Origin: Candidatus Delongbacteria bacterium
GTDB lineage: Bacteria; CAIWAD01
Length of the DNA: 64,000 bases
Reading direction: 5' to 3'
NCBI GenBank assembly: GCA_963663545.1
Contig: OY760505.1
Location: 3,424,001 to 3,488,000, forward strand
The notes beneath the pieces were generated by a model. That model worked only from the letters and a program-made list of their open reading frames with translations. It searched no databases and was not told the origin of the DNA. Shown piece after piece: positions 1 through 11,313 of this stretch (its first letter is position 1; every line of letters starts with the position of its first letter). The position numbers and the translations under genes are program-made.

Positions 1-943
<943 letters not shown>

Positions 944-966
944 TTCTTGCTGCATTCGCAAGCACC

Positions 967-991
967 AGGGGGCCCGCGTGGCCCCCTTTTT
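967..991 (+). terminator. Intrinsic terminator after groEL
   Basis: AGGGGGCC-cgcgt-GGCCCCCT followed by TTTT. Confidence 0.9.
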
Positions 992-1065
992 GCTTCAGTT
1001 CCCGGGCGGCTTTACCGATACCTTCGTGGGAAGAAGACCGATGTCGATGGAGAAGATGCCCTGGA

Positions 1066-4000
1066 ATGAGAGCACTGCGATTACACCTCCTGCTATTGCT
1101 GCTTTGTCTGCTTGCACCACTTGTGCAGGGTTCCAGTCGCATTCTGGTTATTCAATCCTATAGCGCTGGCTTCTCGCGCTCAGCCATGTTTGAGGGCGCG
1201 CTGGGGCGTTCGATCGAGAGCCTGCAACGCGGCGACCTGCAAATGGACGTCGAGTATCTGGACGCGCAGCGCCATCCTGAAGATGAATACCTGGATCTGT
1301 TGGGCAGCACGATTGTGGCCAAGCACAACGGATTGGACGATTTCGACCTGCTGCTGGTGGTGGACGATCCCGCCATGGATTTTGTCGTACACCACTTTCC
1401 GCGACCAGATCATGAGTATCCGGTAATCGCCGTCGGAGTGTCAGCCGCACAGCGTGCCGAGTTCCCCGATCCGGCGCGCCTGGCCTGGGTAGAGGAGAAT
1501 CCACCCGTCAAGGAGACCGTGGATGCAGCCATGCATCTGCTGCCACACACCGAAAAAGTCTATGTTCTTTGTGATACAAGTTCCGTTGGTGGTCGCGCGC
1601 TCTATGGCACATTTGTAGCCGGTACCCGCGAACTCGCGGAGCGGCTGCCTGTGGTTTTCATGCAGGATTGCAGTTCGCTGATGAAGGTGCAGGAAAAGCG
1701 TGCCTGGGTTCTTTTTGGCTGGTGCAGCCACGATGAGCAGGGGCGTTTGAGTTGCAGCGAGACCGTGTTGCATCGCTTGCGTGATACAACAGCAATGCCG
1801 CTGTTTTCGCCTTTTCCGCACTACATGGGGCATGGCATTGTGGGCGGTGTCACCACCGACATGAACGCATTGGCCACTGCAACATTGGTGCAGATCGAGC
1901 GTTGCCTGGCAGGCGAATCACCCCGTGACCTGCAACCCATTGTCGTGAATTCGCAGCGCGCGGTCTTTGACTATCCTCAGTTGCGCGAAGAGGGCCTGGA
2001 AGAGAAGCTCTTGCCCGCTGGCAGCATTCTGATGAATCAACCCGTCGGCATGCTTAGGCGCTATCGGCAGTGGGCCTGGTGGGGGACGCTGATCATTTTG
2101 CTGCAGGGCGTGATCATTGCTGCGCAGGTGACCGTCAAACGTGTGCGACGGGAAACTCAGCAAGAGCTCCAGCAGAGCGAGCAGGTGCTGCGCGAGGTCA
2201 TCGATCTTGTGCCGCACGTAATTCTGGCCACCAATGCCGGAGGGTGTATCCTGCTGGCCAACAAAGCGGCTGCACGCCTTTTTGGAGTGGAACCCGCCGA
2301 GTTGGTAGGGCGCACGCGCGAAGAGGTGTTCCCTTCGGTCGAGGAGGCTGAGCGTTCCAGCGAGGAGGACGCTGATGTGCTCACCAACAACATCGAGCGC
2401 TTTATTCAGCAGGATAACTTCACGGACGTTCACGGCAAGAATCACATCTATTCAACGGTCAAGGTGCCCTTTCGTCATTATCGCGAAGAGGCCGTGCTGG
2501 TTTGCGCCACCGAGATCACGCTGCAGATGCGGGCCGAAATGGAATTGCGCAATCAGAAGCAGTTCTTCGAGACGGTCATTGAGAACATGCCGCTGGCCTT
2601 TGCAGCTCGCAGTCTCGATGAAGCGGACGAGGGGCGCTATGTGCTCTTCAACGCCGCTGCCGAGAACATTTATCATGTATCACGCGCAGAGATTATTGGA
2701 CGCACTGCAGCGGAAGTCTTTGGTGAACAGGCTCAGGAAATCCTTGCGATGGATCACGCAGCTGTGCAGTCGGGCCAGCTCTACGAGCATCAGGATTTCG
2801 CTCTGCAACACCGCGACGGCGGCAGCCTGCTGCATGTTTACAAGTTACCCGTCACCGACAGCGAGGGCGTTCCCAAGCTGCTGCTGACGCTGACAGAGGA
2901 CATTACCGCCACCCGGCAATTGGAAAACCAGCTGCACCAGTCGCAGAAGATGGAAGCCGTTGGCCAGTTGGCGGGTGGAGTCGCCCACGATTTCAACAAT
3001 CTGCTGCAAGTGATACAAGGCTATGGTGAACTGTTGCGACTGCAACTTGCCGGCGAGCAGTTGGAAAATCTCCAGCTTGTGCTGGAAGCCGCTGGCCGTG
3101 CGCGTAGCCTGGTACGACAGCTGCTTTCCTTCAGCCGTCGCGAAGAAATGCGCACCGAGCGCGTCGAACTGGGCGAAGTGGTGCAAGGCATCATGAAGAT
3201 GCTGAAACGTGTGATTGGCGAGGATCTGCAACTGCATTTCAGTTCCAGCATGGATGATCTTCCCATCGAAGCGGACGCAAGCCAGATTGAGCAGATCTTG
3301 ATGAATCTGTGCGTAAATGCTCGCGACGCCATGCCCGATGGCGGACGCATTTCCATTGAGACGGGCCGCGTCATGTTGGAGCCAGGCGACGAAGAGCTTG
3401 GCGAGTTGGAACCCGGCTCCTACGCGCAACTAACCATCTCGGATACGGGCTGCGGCATTCCAGAGGAGATTCGCGAGCGTATCTTCGAGCCCTATTTTAC
3501 TACGAAAGCAGTGGGCAAAGGCACGGGACTGGGGCTGGCAACGGTCTATGCCATTGTGCGACGACACCACGGCGACATTTATTTGAGCAGCGAAACGGGC
3601 ATTGGCACAACCTTCCGCATTTTCTTCCCGCTCCTTGACGAGAAGCAATCCGTGGGTGACGAAGGGCAGCTTGAAGGCGTTGGTTTGTATCACGGGCGCG
3701 AGACGATTCTGCTGGCGGAAGATGAAGAGCTGGTGCGTAAGCTGACCTGTGATATCCTGGAGCGTGCTGGATACAACGTCCTAACTGCTTCGGACGGTGA
3801 GGAAGCAGTAGAGTTGTTCCGTCGTAACCGGGGCCAGGTGGACCTGCTCCTGCTGGATGTGATCATGCCCGGTATACACGGCACTTCGGCTGCTATGCAG
3901 ATTCGCAAGATGTCGCCAGCGATTCCGCTGGTCTTTCTCACGGGCTACACCGATGACCTACTGCGCTCGGACAAGCTCTTTCAGCTGGGTGGCCGTCTGC

Positions 4001-4086
4001 TCAATAAACCTTGTGAAGCACAGGTGTTGCTGCGCACCCTGCGCGAGGAGTTGGACAAGGTCAAAGACCATAGCCTCCCTATCTAA
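1066..4086 (+). CDS. Hybrid sensor histidine kinase (extracytoplasmic substrate-binding-like sensor, TM, 2 PAS, HisKA, HATPase, receiver)
   Basis: Signal peptide; QSQKMEAVGQLAGGVAHDFNNLL; NARDAM; GTGLGL; C-terminal ILLAEDEE...LLLDVIMP. Confidence 0.93.
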   Translation: MRALRLHLLLLLLCLLAPLVQGSSRILVIQSYSAGFSRSAMFEGALGRSIESLQRGDLQMDVEYLDAQRHPEDEYLDLLGSTIVAKHNGLDDFDLLLVVDDPAMDFVVHHFPRPDHEYPVIAVGVSAAQRAEFPDPARLAWVEENPPVKETVDAAMHLLPHTEKVYVLCDTSSVGGRALYGTFVAGTRELAERLPVVFMQDCSSLMKVQEKRAWVLFGWCSHDEQGRLSCSETVLHRLRDTTAMPLFSPFPHYMGHGIVGGVTTDMNALATATLVQIERCLAGESPRDLQPIVVNSQRAVFDYPQLREEGLEEKLLPAGSILMNQPVGMLRRYRQWAWWGTLIILLQGVIIAAQVTVKRVRRETQQELQQSEQVLREVIDLVPHVILATNAGGCILLANKAAARLFGVEPAELVGRTREEVFPSVEEAERSSEEDADVLTNNIERFIQQDNFTDVHGKNHIYSTVKVPFRHYREEAVLVCATEITLQMRAEMELRNQKQFFETVIENMPLAFAARSLDEADEGRYVLFNAAAENIYHVSRAEIIGRTAAEVFGEQAQEILAMDHAAVQSGQLYEHQDFALQHRDGGSLLHVYKLPVTDSEGVPKLLLTLTEDITATRQLENQLHQSQKMEAVGQLAGGVAHDFNNLLQVIQGYGELLRLQLAGEQLENLQLVLEAAGRARSLVRQLLSFSRREEMRTERVELGEVVQGIMKMLKRVIGEDLQLHFSSSMDDLPIEADASQIEQILMNLCVNARDAMPDGGRISIETGRVMLEPGDEELGELEPGSYAQLTISDTGCGIPEEIRERIFEPYFTTKAVGKGTGLGLATVYAIVRRHHGDIYLSSETGIGTTFRIFFPLLDEKQSVGDEGQLEGVGLYHGRETILLAEDEELVRKLTCDILERAGYNVLTASDGEEAVELFRRNRGQVDLLLLDVIMPGIHGTSAAMQIRKMSPAIPLVFLTGYTDDLLRSDKLFQLGGRLLNKPCEAQVLLRTLREELDKVKDHSLPI

Positions 4087-4114
4087 CGGCGTGTGATACA
4101 CACCGCGACAGCCT

Positions 4115-5500
4115 TTAGTTTTCCGATACTTGCAGTTCTGCTTCGCGGTCGCTTTCTAATGTACGCAGGCGGGTGTACTCGCGTGTGATGAAAAAGGCGG
4201 CAATCAGGAAGGCCGTGATATCAGAACTCGCGCCCGCGTAGAAGATGCCTTCCAAGCCCAGCCACAGGGGCAGCAGATACAGCAGCGGAATCAGAATCAG
4301 CACCTGGCGCAGCATGTTGAGCATCAGCGAAAGTCTGGGCTGGTTGACGGCCTGGAAATAGCTGGAGCTGATGGCGATGAAGCCGATGAAGGGCATGCCC
4401 AGCATGAAGCGTCGTGCAGCGTAGCAGCCCAGGCGCACGAACTCGGGGTTGTTCTCCGAGAAGAGATGGAAGAGCATGGCCGGGAATCCCAGCACCGCTA
4501 CCGCCCCCAGGATCGAAAGCAGGCTGGCCAGAAGCAGGCTGTAACTCAGGGTTTCGCGCACGCGATGCGGATTACCTGCGCCGTGATTGAAGCCGTAGAT
4601 GGGCTGAGCGCCCTGTGTCAAGCCCACAATGGGCATCAGGAAGAGCATGTTGATCGAGAAGAGCACGCCCATCGCCGAGACTGCCAGCTCGTCGCCGTAG
4701 TGCAATAGCTGGTGATTCAGCAGCGTCATCACGGCGCTGCCCGCGATGTGCATGGCAAAGATGGGGCTGCCCAGTGCGAACACGCGCTTCAGTCGTTGTG
4801 GCCAGATGCGCAGGTAGGCCAAGTGAATTTTCAGTGAACTGCGCTTGCTCAGAAAGTAGCCGATGACCCAGATGCTTGAGACCAGCAGCGCCAGGTTCGT
4901 CGCCCAAGCGGCACCCGCCATGCCCCAGCCGAAGCGTATCACGAAAAGGTAATCCAGACCGATGTTCAGCAGGGCACCGATGAGCGTGGTGAACATGGCT
5001 GTGCGGGGGCTGCCCTCGCTGCGGATAAAGTTGTTGACACCATAACTGACGGACATCAGAATGGAGCCCAGCAGAATGATGCGAATGTACTGAGCCGCGT
5101 AGGGCAGAATGCTCTCTGTCGCGCCGAAGAGCGTCATCAGCGGACCGGCGAAGAGCAGGCCGAGGGCGGCAAAAAGCGACGATTGCAGCACGAAGACCAG
5201 AAGGCTTTGACCGAAGAGTCGTTCCGCCTCTTCGTGATTTCCTTCGCCCAAACGAATGGAAATCAGCGCGCTGGTGCCCATGGCGGTTAGCGTACCGCAG
5301 GCCATGGTAATCATCATCACCGGGAAAGCGATGGTTGTGGCTGCAAGCCCCAGGCTGCCGACGGCGCGTCCTACAAAGACGCGGTCGATGACGTTATGCA
5401 TGCTGGAGACAAGGGTTGCGACCATGGCGGGAGTAGCAAATCGCAAGAGTAGAGGCAGAATACTGTCGTTGGCCAGCCGGTGGCTTCGTTCGCCTTGCAT
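4115..5500 (-). CDS. MATE family efflux transporter (MepA-like)
   Basis: About 12 TM; NVIDRVFVG, NIGLDYLF, GAQPIYGFNHGA; start set at ATG 5500. Confidence 0.92.
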   Translation of the reverse strand: MQGERSHRLANDSILPLLLRFATPAMVATLVSSMHNVIDRVFVGRAVGSLGLAATTIAFPVMMITMACGTLTAMGTSALISIRLGEGNHEEAERLFGQSLLVFVLQSSLFAALGLLFAGPLMTLFGATESILPYAAQYIRIILLGSILMSVSYGVNNFIRSEGSPRTAMFTTLIGALLNIGLDYLFVIRFGWGMAGAAWATNLALLVSSIWVIGYFLSKRSSLKIHLAYLRIWPQRLKRVFALGSPIFAMHIAGSAVMTLLNHQLLHYGDELAVSAMGVLFSINMLFLMPIVGLTQGAQPIYGFNHGAGNPHRVRETLSYSLLLASLLSILGAVAVLGFPAMLFHLFSENNPEFVRLGCYAARRFMLGMPFIGFIAISSSYFQAVNQPRLSLMLNMLRQVLILIPLLYLLPLWLGLEGIFYAGASSDITAFLIAAFFITREYTRLRTLESDREAELQVSEN

Positions 5501-5577
5501 AGAATTCCTGTTCACGTTAAAACGCCCCCGGCGCTTGGGCACAGAGGGCGTCTGAGCTGTCAATTCAACGGGACGAA

Positions 5578-6216
5578 TCAGAGATCGTCGCCCATTCCTT
5601 CCAGAAAGCCCTCGCGAGCCTTTGTGTAGTTGCTGAAGCGGTACTCCAGAATGATCGTGCTGCTTGGGCCATTCACTCCGCCGCTCGTTGACTCGAGGCG
5701 CAATATGATACGATCAATGTCTGCAGAGAGCTTGTTGTCTTCCTCATGGGTCCAGACTGCGAAATAGTCCGCTTCATTTGCCAGTCGCATGATTTCGCGC
5801 GGAACATCCTCCGGCGCGTGCTCCTGCATTCTGCCTTTTTTTCCGTGGTAGTAGAAGCCCTTCTGCCAGCCCAGCCGGCGGATCTCTGCGGCACTGGCTT
5901 CCAGCGGCTCGCCGTACTTGAGCGTCAGCGCATCACGCAGCAGGGCAAAATCGCCGTTGGTGATAGGGTTAGTACTCTCCGTGCTGCCGAAGGCGCGCAG
6001 GCCAAACACGCCCTCTCCCTCGCTACAATAGACAACGCATCTGTCAAAATTGGGCAGTGGTGAAATGGGATCTACGACATAGCTGAAGTCATTCAGCGCA
6101 TCAATCACGCTTAACTCATCGCAGGACATTCCCTTTTCAAAGCCAAAAGGACCCGCCAATACGGTCAGTGGCAAACTCAGGCTTAGCACCGCCTTCCACA
6201 ACAAAGACCTCTCCAT
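5578..6216 (-). CDS. Hypothetical secreted protein
   Basis: Signal peptide then AGPFGFEKGMS; purine-rich RBS upstream. Confidence 0.7.
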   Translation of the reverse strand: MERSLLWKAVLSLSLPLTVLAGPFGFEKGMSCDELSVIDALNDFSYVVDPISPLPNFDRCVVYCSEGEGVFGLRAFGSTESTNPITNGDFALLRDALTLKYGEPLEASAAEIRRLGWQKGFYYHGKKGRMQEHAPEDVPREIMRLANEADYFAVWTHEEDNKLSADIDRIILRLESTSGGVNGPSSTIILEYRFSNYTKAREGFLEGMGDDL

Positions 6217-6242
6217 GTGTTGCCCCTTCCTTTGGTGCTGCT

Positions 6243-6644
6243 TCAGTTTTCTTTCTGGTAATAGCCGCGCTGGAGCACCCAGGCTTCGGCATCCTGCAAC
6301 GAGAAAAACTGGGCGACACGAAAATCCTTGCTCCTTGTGGCCAGGGCAGACATGTACCCCATTGTGTTTTCGAACTGGTCGTCTGTTGCCACGACAAAGG
6401 CGATCACTCTGCCGCGACCGTCCATTTGCAGCTCTTCGCGCGCACGTACCAGGGCCATCTCATCTTGGTGACTAACCAGGTTTTCGCGCACTTCGCGCAA
6501 GTCAACTACTTCCGGCAAAGGATGTCCGCAGGCAAGTTCCCGGCGCCGGATATCGTTAAGCACTTCCAGAATCTCTTCGCGATCAAGCTTCTCTGCGTAG
6601 CTGATCTGCAAATGACTGATGTGTTGAATGATTTTGCTTCTCAT
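6243..6644 (-). CDS. Hypothetical protein, SpoIIAA/STAS-like
   Basis: VVDLRE...IAFVV...FFSLQDAEAWV pattern; AAAGGTG before ATG 6644. Confidence 0.6.
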   Translation of the reverse strand: MRSKIIQHISHLQISYAEKLDREEILEVLNDIRRRELACGHPLPEVVDLREVRENLVSHQDEMALVRAREELQMDGRGRVIAFVVATDDQFENTMGYMSALATRSKDFRVAQFFSLQDAEAWVLQRGYYQKEN

Positions 6645-6732
6645 ACGCACCTTTTAGAACGAAGCTACAAGATAGGAAGCAAAAGGCTTGGATGCAGGCT
6701 TGCGGGAAGGACAAGAAGGGCGTGGAGTAGAA

Positions 6733-6750
6733 AGGGCCCCGCAGGGCCCT
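6733..6750 (-). terminator. Probable terminator after the small ORF 6756-6971
   Basis: AGGGCCC-4 nt-GGGCCCT, followed on the minus strand by TTC. Confidence 0.6.
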
Positions 6751-6755
6751 GTAGC

Positions 6756-6971
6756 TTACGCTTTCGGCTTACGCGGTCCGCGACGGCGCTTCGGAATCAG
6801 GCGACGGAGCCCGGCGGCCTTAAGCTGATCTTCAGCTTCAATGCCCGCACGGCACTTTTCAACCAGATCCTGCGTGCAAATGACCAGAACATTCTGACCG
6901 CTTGCATTGGCAGCTTTCTGCATTACGTCGACCAATTCAGGGCGGGGGACAGTTACGATTTCGCGTTCCAT
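6756..6971 (-). CDS. Small hypothetical protein with basic C-terminal tail
   Basis: RBS AAAAGGAG; ends PKRRRGPRKPKA; followed by a hairpin. Confidence 0.65.
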   Translation of the reverse strand: MEREIVTVPRPELVDVMQKAANASGQNVLVICTQDLVEKCRAGIEAEDQLKAAGLRRLIPKRRRGPRKPKA

Positions 6972-7277
6972 CAAGTTCTCCTTTTAGTTACTGACGGTGA
7001 GTCAAATTAATGGCTTATTCTGCAAAATGCAACAATTGGCCTGTTCGAATTATGGTCTTTACAAACTCCGAAGAAAGTAAATCGCCTCATTTGTATAATT
7101 CGGCTGGTAGCATGGAATAGTGTTACTGAAGAGAAGAATAGAGATGTTGTTTTCTATCGGGATGAAGTTTTATTTACAGTATTCACCTTTTATATGCTTC
7201 TTGAGAAGGAGTTTTGGGGGGATTCTGAATACGGGACTACATACTATGGTAAAGCGGACACTTGACCTTGCTTTGAA

Positions 7278-7349
7278 TACTCCCGGAAGGAATCGAACCT
7301 TCGCACCCGGTTCCGGAGACCGGTGCTCTATCCACTGAGCTACGGGAGC
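7278..7349 (-). tRNA. tRNA-Arg(CCG), CCA not encoded
   Basis: Reverse complement GCTCCCGTAGCTCAGTGGATAGAGC-A-CCGGT-CTCCGGA-ACCGG...GGTTCGATTCC...CGGGAGTA folds as a cloverleaf with anticodon CCG. Confidence 0.97.
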
Positions 7350-7671
7350 AGAGACGCAAAAGGTAAGGGCTAACGGTTGCCGAGTCAAGATAGGGGCTGG
7401 AATTCGTCGGCTCAAATACCGATTAATGAACGTATGTGCTTTGAAAAGTGCGAGCCTTCTTAGGCACGAAAAAACCTTTGGTCGCGCTGAAGCTATGCAT
7501 TACCTTTGTTCGTTCCAGCGGTGGAGCAAATCGAGATGCATGCAGAGCTTCATAAAGTGCTGCAAACGGGTACTCGACAATGCAAATAGCCAAACAGTGT
7601 GAGTTGGATCACTCCATAACCCCGTTCGAAAATCGATACTGGATGAATAAGTCTAGCTGCGGGATAGGAAG

Positions 7672-8763
7672 ATGATCGTTCGGTTCTGGGGTGTCCGCGG
7701 GGGTATTCCGACACCTGATCCCGACAAGATCCGCTTTGGTGGCAACACCAGCTGCCTTTCGGTGGAGCTTGACGACGGCACATTGATTATCCTTGATGCC
7801 GGTACAGGGATCAGGCGTTTGGGAAATGAGATGATTGCCCAGGAGCATCCGGCGGAGGAGGCCTGGATTCTCCTGAGTCATCTGCATTGGGATCACATTC
7901 AGGGTATCCCCTTTTTCAAGCCGCTGTTTCAGCGCGGCAAGCGCTTCCACTTCATTGGCCATGATCCAATCAACACCAGTTTGCGTGAAGCCATTGAAGG
8001 GCAGCAAAATTTCCAGTATTTCCCCGTCGACATGAGCCATATGCTGGCGGAGAAGGATTTTCAATCTGTGCACAACGATGTGCTGCGTTGTGGCGGTGCG
8101 CTGATTACCACTCACAGGCTGCGGCATCCGGGTGGCTGCACGGGCTATCGCATACAAGCAGGAGATGCGGTAATCGTGTACGCGACTGATGTCGAACACG
8201 GTGGTGATGAGCCCTCGACGGATCTTGTCGAGCTGGCCCGTGGTGCCGATGTGCTGATTACGGATTCCAATTACACTCCCGATGAGTATCACGCCAATCG
8301 CATCGGCTGGGGCCACAGCACCTGGGAGCAGGCCATTGCCTCGGCCAGTGCTGCCGGTGTGCGTCATCTGGTGCTTTTCCATCACGACCAGGATCGGGAT
8401 GATCTGTGCATTGCCGCTCTCGAGGCTGCTGCGCGCGAGCGCTTTCCGTCTTGCACTGCGGCCCGCGAAGGCATGGTGCTGAAGCTCACGGAAGACCGTA
8501 GACAGCAAATTGACGATGACTGTCGTATTTCTTTTCCGGATGGTGAGACCCTTGTGCTGCAACTGGGCGTAAGCGCAAACGGAAGTCTGCCTACGCAGTA
8601 CATGGGGGCATTGCATCCGACCGTGTTGCCCGGCAGCAGTGATCAACTGGCAAAGCTGCTTCGGCAACTTGATTGCAGTTTGCGTCGCACTTTGAACCGG
8701 CTCGAGAAGGGTAGTGATCGTCTAAGTCAGCTGAACCTGCGCAACATGGCCACGCGCGAATAA
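7672..8763 (+). CDS. MBL-fold metallo-hydrolase (RNase Z/PhnP-like) with C-terminal extension
   Basis: FWGVRGG, GGNTSC, DAGTG, SHLHWDHIQG, WGHST, LFHHD. Confidence 0.9.
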   Translation: MIVRFWGVRGGIPTPDPDKIRFGGNTSCLSVELDDGTLIILDAGTGIRRLGNEMIAQEHPAEEAWILLSHLHWDHIQGIPFFKPLFQRGKRFHFIGHDPINTSLREAIEGQQNFQYFPVDMSHMLAEKDFQSVHNDVLRCGGALITTHRLRHPGGCTGYRIQAGDAVIVYATDVEHGGDEPSTDLVELARGADVLITDSNYTPDEYHANRIGWGHSTWEQAIASASAAGVRHLVLFHHDQDRDDLCIAALEAAARERFPSCTAAREGMVLKLTEDRRQQIDDDCRISFPDGETLVLQLGVSANGSLPTQYMGALHPTVLPGSSDQLAKLLRQLDCSLRRTLNRLEKGSDRLSQLNLRNMATRE

Positions 8764-8860
8764 GCCATTCGCGGAATCCGCTGCAACAACAGGCTGTGAC
8801 ACATTTCCGGACATTCGCCCGCGTACACTACTTTATCTGTAGTGCAAGACGAGGAAGAAG

Positions 8861-10240
8861 ATGGCAGCTTCGGCTACTCCCCTGGAAAACACAGTCATGT
8901 CGCGTTTCGCCTGGCTTATCGCCTCGCGATGGTTGTTTGTTGCCGCGCTGCTGACGGGGCCGCCGCTGCTTCATCTGCTGATGCCCATGCACGTCGCCTG
9001 GCAGCCCTTCGTTATCACCGCGCTGATGCTCGGCATGGTCAACCTGGGGTGGCAAGTCTACTGGAGCCACCTGACTGAGCTGGACCCCGCCCATCTGATG
9101 GAAGATCTGCGCAACATGCTACTGGTGCAGATCGTCCACGACTGGCTGGCGCTGCTGGCCTGCATCCACTACAGCGGAGGCGTTGACTCGCCGCTGGTGC
9201 TCTTCTTCATTCTGCATCTTGCCATGGCGCAGTTGGCGCTGGACCGCAAACAAGGCTGGCTGGCGACCGCCTTGGCCATTGGCAGTCTGGGTGTGCTCCT
9301 GATGTCCGAAGCGCTGGACTTGATCCCTCCCGTGAGCATTCCGGGACTCACCAGCGAACTGCACCAGACCTCGGGCTTCTACGTCGCCAACGTTCTGGTG
9401 TGGCAGGCCTTAGTACTGATTCTGTTGACGGTCATGCTGCAGGGCGTCATGTACCAACTGCGCCGGCGTGAAGAAGCCGTACTCCGCACGCGTGGCCGGC
9501 TGGAGAAAGCCAACCGGCGTATCACGCAACAAAGTGAAGAGCGCGTCCGCCTGCTGCACGCGATGGCTCACGAGCTGCGTAGCCCGATAGCGGCTGCCAT
9601 TACCATGATCAAAGTGCTGGTGATGACTCACGGGGACAAGTTGCCGCCCGAGGCGCAGCATCCGCTGGATCGGGTACAGACTCGCCTGGAGGGGCTCACC
9701 GGGCTCATCAACGAGCTGCTCGAGCTGGCTGAAAGCCGAAAGCCCAAGGGCAATGAGGCGCAGCGACTGGACCTTGTCAACCTGTTGAAGGAAATGCTCG
9801 AAGAGCATCAGGCGCAAGCCGCCGAGCGCGACATACAGCTCAAGCTGGATGCCCCCGCGGGCGAAGCCGCTCTGTTCGCCGATCAGCACGCCCTGCGCCG
9901 CGTAATTGAGAATTTCCTGTCAAACGCCATCAAGTACAATCGTGACGGCCGCAGCGTAGAGCTTCGTGTATCACGCGCCGGTGACGATTGGCGCATTGAT
10001 TTCAGCGATGAAGGCATTGGTATTGCCCCGGACCAGATCCAGCGCCTTTTCAGCGAATTTTATCGCACGCCGCAAAGCCGCAAGCATACCACCGCCGGGA
10101 CCGGACTAGGCCTGGCTATTACCCGCGATTTGATCGAGCGCATGGGCGGACATGTGGAAGTGCGCAGCGAGCTCGATGTGGGCTCCACGTTCTCGCTCTA
10201 TCTGCCAGCTCCTTTGACGGGGGCTCCAGGCGCTGTCTAG
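8861..10240 (+). CDS. Membrane sensor histidine kinase
   Basis: Multiple TMs; AHELRSP; NFLSNAIKY; DEGIGI; GTGLGL. Confidence 0.92.
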   Translation: MAASATPLENTVMSRFAWLIASRWLFVAALLTGPPLLHLLMPMHVAWQPFVITALMLGMVNLGWQVYWSHLTELDPAHLMEDLRNMLLVQIVHDWLALLACIHYSGGVDSPLVLFFILHLAMAQLALDRKQGWLATALAIGSLGVLLMSEALDLIPPVSIPGLTSELHQTSGFYVANVLVWQALVLILLTVMLQGVMYQLRRREEAVLRTRGRLEKANRRITQQSEERVRLLHAMAHELRSPIAAAITMIKVLVMTHGDKLPPEAQHPLDRVQTRLEGLTGLINELLELAESRKPKGNEAQRLDLVNLLKEMLEEHQAQAAERDIQLKLDAPAGEAALFADQHALRRVIENFLSNAIKYNRDGRSVELRVSRAGDDWRIDFSDEGIGIAPDQIQRLFSEFYRTPQSRKHTTAGTGLGLAITRDLIERMGGHVEVRSELDVGSTFSLYLPAPLTGAPGAV

Positions 10241-10488
10241 AAGCTTTCCCTTGCAGTCTTTTTCCACAAGGACACTGACCAAGCAATGGGCCGGGCAACC
10301 GTCGTCGGCTGAAATTTTTTGCTCACACACAGCAGGAATTTCCCAACCCCCCAGGGCACATTCTTCCGCGCAGAACTTGCCGACTCACGATGTTACGAAC
10401 TAGCGAACTTCAGAAGTCCGGAAGTCTGGAGGATTGATATTCATTGAGTTAGCACTTCGCGGCTTCTGCCTCGCGTCCTCGTTGCAGG

Positions 10489-10503
10489 TGGCATGATGCT
10501 TGC
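10489..10503 (+). promoter_or_regulatory. Sigma54 (-24/-12) promoter of the flg operon
   Basis: TGGCATGATGCTTGC = GG-N10-GC, 52 bp before the flgF ATG. Confidence 0.8.
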
Positions 10504-10555
10504 CCAGCCCGTAGGTGTGAATCATGGGGATTCACATTGAGAGGAGCCAGGAAGC

Positions 10556-11299
10556 ATGATCAAAGGCCTTTGGGATTCCGGCGCTGGCATGATTGCCCGT
10601 AGCTTGCAACATGATGTGACCGCCAACAACCTGGCCAATGTGAACACCACAGCCTTCAAGCAGGACCGGCTCAACTTTCGCGAGATGATTACCAGTCAGC
10701 TGCTGCTGGATCGCACCCGCGGCGATAGCAGTCCCGAGTCGATGCTGCGCGGCGGCATGGAAACCCGCTTCCGGCAGGGCGAGCTGCAGCAGACGGGCAA
10801 CACCCTCGACTTTGCCCTGAATGGCGAAGGATTCTTTGTGGTGAACACCGCCGACGGCGAACGCTATACGCGGCAGGGGCATTTTCAGGTCTCGGTCGAC
10901 GGGCAGCTGGTCACCATGGATGGTGATCAGGTCATGGGCCAGGCGGGGGCCATTGCGCTGAATCCGGGCCCGGTGGATGCTACCTCCGACGGGCGCCTTT
11001 TTCAGGAAGGGGAAGAGGTCGGTCGTCTACGTCTGGTGGACTTTGGAGATCAGGAAAACCGGCTGTTGAAGCTGGGACGCGGTCTCTTTGTGCCCGACGA
11101 CGAGCGCGAAGTGCAGCCCGAAGAGGATACAACAACCACCGTGGTGCAGGGGCAGCTGGAAGGCAGCAACAGCGGAGCGGTGGAGCAGATGGTGCGCATG
11201 ATCGAGCAGGAACGCATGTACACCTTTACCCAGCAAGCGCTTTCGCTGCAGGATGAGAACCTGGGACGCGCCGTCAGTGATATCGGACGTCTCAAGTAG
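10556..11299 (+). CDS. flgF: Flagellar basal-body rod protein FlgF
   Basis: ANNLANVNT, TGNTLDFAL.GEGFF, YTRQG, LEGSN; precedes flgG. Confidence 0.88.
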   Translation: MIKGLWDSGAGMIARSLQHDVTANNLANVNTTAFKQDRLNFREMITSQLLLDRTRGDSSPESMLRGGMETRFRQGELQQTGNTLDFALNGEGFFVVNTADGERYTRQGHFQVSVDGQLVTMDGDQVMGQAGAIALNPGPVDATSDGRLFQEGEEVGRLRLVDFGDQENRLLKLGRGLFVPDDEREVQPEEDTTTTVVQGQLEGSNSGAVEQMVRMIEQERMYTFTQQALSLQDENLGRAVSDIGRLK

Positions 11300-11313
11300 C
11301 CCGGGAGGAAACC

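Noticed and set aside
6168..7415. ORFs 6168-7010 (+), 7120-7338 (+) and 7170-7415 (-)
   Set aside because: They overlap better-supported minus-strand genes or the tRNA and lack protein-like features
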